A stretch of DNA of 44,001 nt, the filler included, from Jimgerdemannia flammicorona (Eukaryota), in NCBI GenBank assembly GCA_003990765.1. It is 2 parts of 2 records of this genome, joined end to end, with 100 filler letters (N's around TTAATTAATTAA, not from the genome) between each part and the next. Parts side by side here need not be neighbours in the genome. Positions count along the whole stretch, not along the records: positions 22,052 to 44,001 come from RBNJ01001359.1; 1 more part is not named here. One strand, given 5' to 3'. Positions 33,827-44,001 of this stretch are shown in pieces. The notes beneath the pieces were generated by a model that did no database searches, was not told the DNA's origin, and worked only from the letters and a program-made list of their open reading frames with translations. The stretch's first letter is position 1; the number at the start of each line of letters is the position of its first letter. The translations under genes were made by a program, and so were the position numbers.

Positions 33827-35556
33827 TCAACCCAAGATCTGCACCTTGATTACTCCATCCTTGCCAGACTTGACGTGCTCGAATGCCTTGATAGCCTCCT
33901 CAAGCTTGTACGAGTGCGTTATGAGGGGGCGGACGTTAATAGCCCCGGAGGCGATGAGCTGGATGGCGCGCGGGTAGCTGTGTGTGGATGCGAAAGACGG
34001 TCAGCAAACAAAAGAGACGATCGTAACGGTCGTAATGGTATATCGCGGCCCTCGTGACGATTGCAGGGCAGACAAACTCACGTGTTGGCGTAACGAAAGA
34101 TGCCCTTGATGTCGATCTCTCGCGCACCGATCTCGGCGACGGGAAGGTTCTGCACTGTGGAGCCCATGCCAACAAGAACGACGGAACCGCCATTCTTGGT
34201 GACCTGTGGAGGCACAAAAGCAGAAACGGGAAAACCGCTTAGGAATCTCCCACGCACAAAAAGAGTCAATACATCATCCGACGTTCTATCTCACCAGCCA
34301 CTACTCACATAGAACGCCGTCTGCACGCACGTCTCCGCACCCGTCGCATCAATTACAATATCAGCCAGCTCCTCTCCAAGTTCGCCCAAGATGTACCTAG
34401 CGGTGCGACGGGCGTACTCGATATTCGGCTCGCCGAGAGCGGCACGCTCTAGCAAGACCTGGGAGTCGGTGTAATATGTCTTTGCAAAGTCAAGGCGGGT
34501 GGAAGCGATGTCTGGAAATTTGCCAAAGAGGATTTCTGTCGGTGAGCCCGAATGCCGTGAGAGAAACGAAAGAGGAAGTATGCAGATGAACTACAAACCG
34601 GCGATGGTGACGTGCGCGGCGCCTGCGGCCTTGGCCATGGCGCAAATGAGCAGGCCCACAGGCCCGGCGCCGAAGACAAAGACTCGGTCGCCGGCCTTAA
34701 GGCCAGAGCGGTTAGCGGCATGGACGGCCACAGAGAGGGGCTCGACTAGGGCACCCTCTTCGAGGGTCACATTCGCGGGGAGTCTAAGGAAAAAGAAATT
34801 GCAAAGAGGGAGGATTTGAGGATGAAAGGCATAGGTTTGCGCCATACGTGGAAAAGGTTCAAAACGGAAACGTACTTGTAGCAGAAGTCGGCGGCGTGCG
34901 TGTAGTAGTTACAGAGGGTGCCGTCGTACGGTGGGGTAGCAGCGCTGGGATTTTGGTGATAACAGAGTGACTAATCCATTACCAACCTTATTCACATATT
35001 GGATGCCTCTCTCTACACTCCTCCCATGGTGACACCTACAACCGCATATCCGGACACAGGTTATACCGCCCATTCTTACACTGCTCGCAGACGCGACAAC
35101 AGATTCCGGGCTCGAGAGCGACGCGGTCGCCGACTTTGAGGTGTGTGACGCCCGGGCCGAGCGCGGAGACCACACCGGCAGACTCGTGGCCTAGGACCAT
35201 GGGAGCTTTGAGCTTGAAATCGCCGATGCCGCCGTGGGCCCAGTAGTGTACGTCGGAGCCGCAGATACCTGTGACCTTGATGTTCACTTGGACCTCTGGT
35301 AAGGTAGGGAGAAGAGAAAGAGTGAGGAACAGCGGAGTAGGGAGCGGGATTTTGGGATTCTCAGACTCGTTTTCCCCGACAATGTACCTCCTGCCTTAGG
35401 CTGAGGGACTGGGCGGTTTTCCTATGAAGGACGACAGCAGAGGGGTTGAGCTTCAGGCGCGTTGCGGCGGAGCGGTGAGGTTGGTTAAACCCTACATACT
35501 GGAACTATTTCGCCCTGCTTGACCAGGACGACGGAGTAGTTTGTGTTTTCAAACAT
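33827..35556 (-). CDS. Zn-dependent NAD+ polyol dehydrogenase (sorbitol/xylitol dehydrogenase), multi-exon
   Basis: TGICGSDVHY, VLGHESAG, GDRVALEPG, structural Zn cysteines, FAATPPYDGTL, LVEPLSVAVHA, GAGPVG, REIDIKGIFRYAN, VIKVQILG*. GT-AG introns; first exons 35556-35500, 35421-35388 and 35295-35040. Confidence 0.95.
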
Positions 35557-38500
35557 GGTTTCGTGAGATGAAGGTCGACAGAAAGGAAGGGCCGAAGAAA
35601 AACAGTCTTCGCCCTTTTGGAAACAATGATTTCCGAACTAACGAACTCCCCAACGACTTATGGGCTCCCCAACGTAAAATTAAGCGATGACGTCAAATTA
35701 GACTAGCGCATGTAGATGGGCGTTGCTATGATACTATAACGACATTTTATCCCATCTATAGAATAGATAAAATGTAAAATATTGTAAAAAATAATAATAA
35801 TGTAAAATAGTATTATAATAGCCATCCGTTGAAAATGCTTGTCATAAAGTACGATTAAAATTAAAAAGAACATAATATTGATATATATTTAATTAAATTT
35901 TACTAATACCTACTTTGTAATTATAATTATAATTACATTTATCTTTTTAAAAAATTTAAGAAAATATATATATAAATTAATTTTAAACTCGATTTTATTA
36001 TTATTGTAGTTGGAAAATATCATCTTATAATATATAGACCTTTATACAATTATAGCACAATATATTATTTATTTAAGATTTCTAAGAATGTGAGTTAAAA
36101 TAAATAAAGTCAGATTTCTAGTCATACAAAATCAGTTAATACAATACATATGACTAGCTGCAGTATCATAGAGAAGATTATTATGCTTGATTATTATATG
36201 AATATCTGGAAACCCTGTACACGTTACTGGAAAAGACGGACTTAATTACAAGAGAGGTAAATTTCCGGCCAGCGACGTATATATATACGTCCCGGCATTG
36301 CGTTAAAGAGACAAGGGCACATCTTCAAACATCAATACAAAATCCGACGACAGAATTGTACATACGCGTACATTACATTGCACAGGGTAGGATGACGTGA
36401 AAGAAATGACCTTTAAACGTGGAAATCAGATAATTTTTTTTTTTTTATGTGTGCGTTCGAGTGGTTTGTTTCCTGGAAGCCTGTCGTTCTATATTTATGG
36501 CCCGCCTATACGTTACGAGTTTCTTGACAATATACACATAGACCGTCGTGATAAAAGGTATCGACCAAGCGCACTGTTGTAAATCGATTTTTGGCCAGGT
36601 GTTTCACGGTGGGATGGCCAAAAGCACACGATAGTCATTAAAGCTCTTTGTAGGCCCAACCATACAGTGAGTTATGAGGTGTCAAATGCTGCGCCTTTCG
36701 TGGTTAAAAGACAAGCATTGGCATTTGACATGCCATACGGAGCTGATTAACCTAACGCCAAAAGCTCGTTAATTCATTACGCAAACACATGGCGACCTAA
36801 TCCGGAAGCGTGACTCGCGATTGTCGAGTCGCGCGCGCCATCCAGCGAGCCGCGTCGAGACCATCTGAATGTCATCATTTGCAGCGGGGTTCTCGATGAC
36901 AAGGTGAATGGGCGCCAGCACCGGTGGATGGGAGATGGAGAGCTCGGAACTCGTTGACATTTCGTGGTCGTCATTGGGCTTCAGCCATGGGTGACGAGTC
37001 TCGTGTCGGATTCCAGCTTGTATCGCGCTGCCATTACATTCAAGGATGGAAGGAAGGCTTGTTTGTAGTTTGATGAATCATTGTTTTTATTGTTTGGCAC
37101 ATGTGAATGATGAAGCTTCGAGTCTGGCATTTGAAAGAAAGTGTTCAATCTCACCATCATTTCATTTTGAAAGGAGTCCCACTTTGGCGAAGTTCAACCA
37201 CGTGTGCATATATTGAGCCCTTGGCCCTGGCCCTGATCCCACACAATGACGATGAATCATGTGCCCTGTTCAATTAGGCACATCACGATGTACATATACC
37301 TCTCTCAGTGGAGGTCAGGTGGGCCTTCGCGCTCGTTTATGGCAACGGTATGAAGCTAGCTGACTCGAAGCCAAAAGCGAGAAGGTTGGCATATGCCTTG
37401 AGAGTTTTGGCAGGTGGAAATGACGTAATGCCAATTATGGGTCATCGAAAGAAATTTGTTCGGATGGCCAATGATAGCTATCACTCTCGCGCCTGCCTGA
37501 CATCTATGATAACGGTGTTTTTGTCGTTGTCCTGGTTTCATATCACAACGATAATCAAGTGTGAACTTTTTGGTGTCCATCACGCAACCGATTTTTGGCG
37601 ATTGCGCGTTGGTAAGTAAAACAGGGACACCACCATAGCGCAATGAGACATACACGTACACCACCATATAGAAATGCAGCGCAATGAGACATCCACCATC
37701 CAAAAATGCAGCACACTCGGACATACATAGTACACCACCATGAAGTCGCGATGTCCATGTTTACTACCTTAGTCTCAAAGGCTCCAGATCGACCGATGAT
37801 AGCGGAAATTTTTCGCCAGGGCCGCCAAGGTGATAATTCTGGCGTTCCTATTAAGACAATGCTTACGGTACACCCTTCTCGTTCGGGTGTACCCCGCCTG
37901 TCCGGTTTTAGAGAGTACACGTAATTTCGCGATGATGTGGAGGATGGAGAGTAGGATTAACCTTTTGTTAATGCGTCATACGGAATGAAATCATATGCGT
38001 GCAATGTGCCAATGTGCACATCAAGCCGCCATCCGTGGAGCAATTAATGGACACGACGCGCCACGCGAGTTCACGATGGACTTTTGGATTCTATCGTGCG
38101 GAAATCGTATTCCAAAACCTATTTTCCAGGGAGGGACCACGTTACGTTATAATTCCACACCATGGAACGAGCGGTTATCGGATCGCGGCACCAAAACTGG
38201 GAAAACGTCGTCGTCAGCATCGATAACGGGCTGCGAAGGCAGTCGCCTCGCAATCCCCTCACCCAGTTCATTGGTGAATAGGTGCCGTGATAGATACGGA
38301 AGGATGGGTTTTCCTTTGGGGAGGAGGATGGTGCCGCGCTGCGCAGGGCGGGGAGGCTATCGCGTTCTGGCATGGCTGTATGTAAGCAAGCTAGTTGCGC
38401 ACGAGATGTTTTGTGCCAGCCCGAAAACGGAGGGGAGCAATTACATTGTGTAGAGGTCCCTTGGGCTATCATGTGAAATGGCCTGTTTGCGCAAGTCTGT

Positions 38501-39241
38501 GCGAGGCCGCGCTTCAAGGGTCGGCTCGCATAATGGAGTGCTAGGCCCCGTCCGGGGGTTCGTCACATGGTCCAGGGCGGCTTTGCACATGAAAATGGAG
38601 GGAATCTCCCACCTCCTCGACTCCTTGTGCTTATAAGATCGGAGCGTTTGTTTGGCCTTCCAGTTCCCCATTCTACAACCTCGGTAACAGTCGCTCGTCG
38701 TGGAAAATGAGGCCCGCCTTCCTTTCCACTTTTGACCATTCCCTATTCTCTCTGTAACGACCCCCAGCTCGACCCCAGCTTGTTTTTCTTTCCGCATTAC
38801 CCCAACCAGATCCGGTTTTGCTACCCTGCGACCAAGACCCCGTCCGCCCCTGGACCCGAACCTGCCAAAGAAAAGCACCCACTCCTCCCAACGTCTCTAT
38901 GAGGTTATGACCAATCATTAGCGTTGAGCCTTCACCCTTTCCACACCCGCCACCGCCACCTACCGTCACCCGTCCAGCGTCTTTAAATATTATTGTTTTC
39001 CCACACCCTAACCGCCAATAATACCGATCCCCTCCCGTTAAATAAGCCAGGAGTCTTCCTTGCCATCAACCGCCAACCCCACCGATCACCCCAGTAGCCC
39101 ACCCAACGCCTGCACCACCTCTCCGGTTCCTTCAAGCGCCGCGCGCCGCCCAAACCCCTTCGCCCACACGAACCTTCTGATCTCGCCTCCCTTGCTTCCG
39201 AGTCAACGACTGCCTCTCTCGCGACCTTAACCACCGACACC

Positions 39242-39406
39242 ATGTCCTATACGCAAACCACCACCACGGCCTCCACTTACTCGCAGGAGAATGGCAGCGC
39301 CAGCATACCCGCTTCGGCGTCCCAACAACAGCAACAGCAACAGCGACAACAGCAACAGCAGCAGCGCAGGCAAGCTGCAATCGCCGCCCAACGCGAACGC
39401 ATGGCA

Positions 39407-39446
<40 letters not shown>

Positions 39447-40914
39447 ATCCTTCTGCCGGATCTGGATCTGGATCTGGATCCGTATCCGGAGATATTATGG
39501 ACGGGTTCTCGGCGGGGGCGTACTCGTGGCCAATCCTGTTCGCCATTGTACCGCCACTCGGCGCTTTGTTATGGGGTACCGCTGAGGCGTGGGGGGATTT
39601 TTTGTTACTAGTGTTGATTTCGTACTATCTGTATAACTTTATCAAAGGTATGAAGAATATCTTGCCAGTTTCAAAAAATTAATGCATGTGTGCCTCGATC
39701 GAGCGATCGTCGTCATGTGAACATTACATAATATGGATCCAAAGGCACGGACCCTGGGTATCATGGAACTCGACTTCAAACTCACTATTCTTCTCCCCCC
39801 CTTATCAGTCCCCTGGGAGCTCTATCACGCAGCCGTATCCCGGCGCCAGCAGTACAACAGTGCCGGTATCGTCTCCGATAAAGCTACAGACGCGAAACAA
39901 GAGCAACGGCGGCAGCAAGCTGCCGCTGAGCTGCGGCGACAAGAGCTGGCGTCATTGCTGCTTGTTGTGGCGTCGCCATTTCTTGCGGGCTACTCGCTGC
40001 TGTGGATCAAAAATTACCTTTCGGAGTACGACAAGTATATGTCCAACTTCAACATAATGCTGTTCGTGTTCGCTGCTACCATCCGCCCATTCGTCCACGT
40101 CGTCGGACTCGTCAAGCAGAGAGCGTTGTACCTGCAGGAGCAGGTGCATTATCCGTCCACCGAAGTCGAGGTGTTGAAGAAGAGGGTTGTGACGCTAGAG
40201 CAGGAGATTGATGTGCTGAAGAAGGCGTTCGCTACTAAGAAGGACTTGGGACAGGTGAGTTGGGGAATGGTGATGAAAATGATGGGAATTGAGGGCATCT
40301 TGGCTAATCGTCTGGGGTACTGGAAGACGAAAACGAAGAGGGGTGGTTGTACGTACAATCGAGCAGTCAATTTCAAATACGGCCCCAAATACGGCTCCAT
40401 CCCAAACCATCACACACTAACCCATTCAACACACCATTTTTCACTAACCCAGGTCGCCTCCGGCCTCGCCCCGACACTGTCCCAATTCAACCGCTCGCTT
40501 AAACGCTTCGAGAAGAAGGAGCAGTTCCTACGCACGTATTCCGAAGAGCGGTTCGACTTCTTGGAGGCCAAGATGCGCGACTTCGACCAATACGTGCAGT
40601 ACCGGATCGAGCAAGACCAGCGTGTCTCGCCGCAGCGCTTCATCGCCACCCTGCTATTCCTCCCCCTCAACTTGACCCTGCAGGCCGTGGGGATCGTCGC
40701 GGGGCTCGTGCCCATCCCGCGTGCCCTCCTACCGGCGCCCAAGAACCCCAAGCCCATTGGGCTCACGCCGAATGGTATGCCGAACGGGAATGGATATCAT
40801 GGCCCGTCAGCAAAGGACGTCGATATGGAGAGACAGTTCCATTTGCATAGGCAGGCGATGGAGGCAGGAGAAGTTGGGAATGGCAGCGAGAGCGAGGAGT
40901 CCGTGAGGCATTAG
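39242..40914 (+). CDS. Fungal multi-pass membrane protein with coiled coil, unknown function; exons 39242-39647, 39809-40254, 40453-40914
   Basis: Poly-Q/poly-A N-terminus; TM segments SWPILFAIVPPLGALLWG and DFLLLVLISYYLY; GT-AG introns restore the frame (IK-VPWELY; LGQ-VASG). Confidence 0.85.
39324..39480 (+). repeat. Coding microsatellites: CAA/CAG (poly-Q), GCC (poly-A), GGATCT (GS)
   Basis: Directly visible within exon 1. Confidence 0.9.
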
Positions 40915-41687
40915 ATGGGGTGGGATTGTTTGAAGGACGTTTTAGGTTAAGTTAAAAAATGATTTTGTTAAAGTCTGGGTAAGGAGCCCCATCAATCAAT
41001 CAATGCTCCTTTTTATTTTCAGGTTTGTTTCCTTTATGTGTGTAGATCATGCATGGAGGGACTCGAACATCCTTCTACGTTACATCACGATTTCCTTTTC
41101 TTCTGTTTGTCAGCCATCATCCCATCTCATCATTCACACCCTTTCCAACCCTAAGCTTCGCTGCTTTTCGTCCGTCTATTCTTATGTACTTATTCTATAT
41201 GTAGTCTTTCTGTTTCGATAAGTCGGCGTCGTGCTGTGGCGCTCCCGCTCTGCCTGACACCCGGTCATATCGTTGTCCGAGGACTTCGCGCCATAACCAC
41301 GCACGCTCAAAACCCCACGTTTTTGGTACACAATAGATCTTAGCCTTCGCGCGTTTGCTACATAGTCTTTGTTGTCTCCCATCCCGCTCTTCGAGCTTGC
41401 ATGTATATTCGCTCGTGTATATCTTTTGGAGCAGCTCAGTTGTGGATTCAGGAATAATATTAATGTAGACGCGCGATTTGGTATTGGAGGACTGTAAACG
41501 GCAAGGTTATTTTGTGGCGGTGTGATGCGGGTCCAAGCGTGTGTGACGTCAATGGCATTTGATGGACGTCATTTGGTGGCTGGAAAGGAAAGGGCGGCCG
41601 CGTGGCTTGACTGCACAATCTATAAAACACAACCCACATCCTCTTTCCCTCTCAACAACACCTTCCCCAAAGAAACGAACCCCAATC

Positions 41688-44001
41688 ATGACCACGACCA
41701 CAAGTCCAGCCCTCAACCCTAAACAGGTGCACTACCTCAAGCGTGAGTTGATCACCCTTGAGCTGGAGAAGGAGTTGAACCTTCTCGGTGAGAACGCAAC
41801 GCTACGCACGCTCTTCCCGACTGACAACCCAGCCGACGGCATCACGGCGGGTCTGGCGACCGTCCCGACGTCCATGATGGCGCTGCGTGCGGACACGCCG
41901 CTGTTGCGACACGCGTTCAACCAGTACGTGCTGACATTTCCGCTGCTACAAGACACGGACCGGGTCGAGTTTTGGGGCAAGGTGCAGCGGTTCCTAGACG
42001 AGTTCCGAAAGTTACAGATCACCAACTCAGCCGAGCGTACCGAACTCACGCGCCGCAAGAAGATTGGGCAGAAGATTGAAAGACTGCTTGTTTTGTTGTA
42101 CGGCGTCGGGATCAAGGTCAAGGAGGGGAAGGAGGAGAGCATCCGCGTCGAGGAGGAGTTGCAGAAGGTTAAAAACAAAGAACTCGTTGCTAAAATCGTG
42201 AAGATTGAAGGAGAAGAGTCGATCGTTAAGTGGATGACGATGAATGGATTGGATATCAATGTAGTAACCGTGAGGGACGTCACTGAGAAGAAGCACATGA
42301 TGGAGGTTGCTCATGCGGTATGTTTCTAATCTATATGAAAATGCCTGTTTGATATTGTCGATTCCTAGACTGTTCGTTTTCTTTTTCGTTAAAGATTGCG
42401 CTCGTTGAACTGATTTTCTTTTGTATACACGACGTTGTAACCCTACCGTTTCACCGGTTTTTAGGAATTCGTCATCGAGACACGCATCGACGAAAAAGAG
42501 GCCGTCTACGTCGCACGGCGTCACGGCCAGTTTCGCAACCTGTACAACGATGTACGCTTCCACTCCCTTCTCCCGTTCCTAACTCCGCCACCTTGTCTGA
42601 TCATTTAGCCCTCTCTTATTCCTGTCCCTCTCTCAGCTCAAGCACCTTCACCCGACGATCGAAGTCCCACAGGTTCCCCCAAAGGCGCAGAACATCTTCA
42701 ACCGTCGCCCGACGGAGCATCACCTGTACCGCGAGCGTGATCGGCTCTCGCTGCGTTCGTTCCTGCATCGAGTGGTGGCGGACCCGCGGTTGGCGCGCAG
42801 CGAGATTTTCATACAGTTTCTAACGAGCGATCCGTTCAAGATGAACCACGAGGAGTCGTACAACGCCGAGCGCCGCGCTGAAATGGACCAAATCCGCGCT
42901 GACCAGGAGAAGAGGTTCAAGGAAGAAGTTGATCGCAAAGTCGAGAAGCTCAACGAGCAGCTCGAGGGGCTCAAGAAGGAGCTGATGAAGCCTGGTGCGT
43001 TGCAGTAGGGGAAGGGAGGGTACGGGTGCGAGTGGGGAGAAGAGATGTAAAGGACGGGTTGGCTGCGTAGATGTGGGACGTGTTCGCTAATCTAACTCAT
43101 CGCCTTGCCGTTCCATTCACGTATTCCTGCTACAAGGCGGCCTCACCACCCTCTTCAACACGATCAAGACCACCCCCGATGTCGACTCCCTCCCCATGTC
43201 CCTCCGAACGGCCTTTGAATGGGGTCGAATCAAGTACGTAATATCATCATGCTCTGTGCGTCTCTTCTCTCCCTCTGACTTCTAATTCTCTCCTCCCCTC
43301 CCTTAACCCAGTTTCGCCTTCGTCCTGCACACGCACTTCCTCACCTCGGACGACGCCGCGCAGAACCTGGCCACGCTCAAGCGCACTCATTCCTTGATTC
43401 CCTACCGCACGCTCCGCACCGCCCTGCACCTCTCCAACCCGGTGGGCATGATCAAGGGCGTTCTCGACATCTTCCTGGCCCAGCCTTTCGGCACTAACAG
43501 TCTGTTCCAGAGGTGCGCCTTTGGTGTCTCAAGGGTCACGTGTTCATAACTTGAACTCTCACATTTACCTATAGTCCCATATTCACGAATCCCCTTCCCC
43601 TTCCCTCCCCACAAAAAAAAAAAATCCAGGATCCTAATGGCGAACCTGAACGAAGAAGCCAAAGGTTACCAGCAGGATATCGAGGACCTAGAGAAATCGA
43701 TCGGCGACGGGGCGCTGTGCTACAAGGTTCGCAACGCTGTGTACCACTTCAAAGGCGTGGTGGCGGACCCGGCGCTGTCTCCGCCCGAGCAGGTCAAGGC
43801 GCTACTACGCAATGAGCACATCCTGCCTCCGCTCACTCCCGACCAGATCCTGCGTGTCGCCGCCGCCGACCAGGAGGGTGCTGCTGGCAAGGAGGCCCGC
43901 GTGCTCGTGCGAAAGCTAAGGCAACTATGGATTGTGCAGATGAGGAAGAGGGATCAGGAGATGTTGATGGAGTTGGTGACCCAGGTGTGTTTTTTTTTTT
44001 T
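41688..44001 (+). CDS. PX-associated (PXB) + PX-domain protein, Lec1/Ypr097w-like, multi-exon, 3'-partial
   Basis: LNPKQVHYLKRELITLEL, PLLRHAFNQYVLTFPLL, FWGKVQRFL; PX VARRHGQFRNLY...LYRERDRLSLRSFLH; later exons AFEWGRI, LKRTHSLIPY, FLAQPFG. First exon 41688-42317, second from 42465. Family assigned from motif recollection. Confidence 0.85.

Noticed and set aside
36300..39200. Many short overlapping ORFs and a small imperfect repeat (~37625-37745) in the divergent intergenic region
   Set aside because: No consistent coding frame, splice pattern or recognisable domain; treated as promoter/UTR sequence

Overview
Eukaryotic, intron-containing fungal DNA. Gene content and style suggest an early-diverging Mucoromycota-type fungus; this is inference only. 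The left ~25 kb is a nest of C>T/G>A-eroded transposons. It holds the 3' end of Ty3/Gypsy element C (1-2967, 2.3-kb LTR) and full-length element A (4874-21667, ~1.57-kb LTRs, TSD CTAA). A's 5' LTR carries a poly(A)-tailed 1.2-kb retroposon with a 15-bp TSD, and its 3' LTR carries full-length antisense element B (13936-20648, 466-bp LTRs, TSD ATAT). Next come an assembly gap, two more copies of the retroposon, a hAT-type MITE and a probable fossil LINE. The LTR elements have an unusual retrovirus-like layout. A and B encode Gag-PR-[CxHG..H..CxxC]-dUTPase-RT-RNaseH in one frame, with integrase in a separate, overlapping +1-frame ORF at the same junction. All three carry a homologous accessory gene of unknown function: inside the LTR in A and C, and between IN and PPT in B. 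The right ~19 kb has a deletion-riddled pseudogene and an intact copy of a WD40-like/TRP-type channel gene, a spliced Zn-dependent sorbitol/xylitol dehydrogenase, a conserved membrane protein gene and a PXB/PX-domain (Lec1/Ypr097w-like) gene running off the window.
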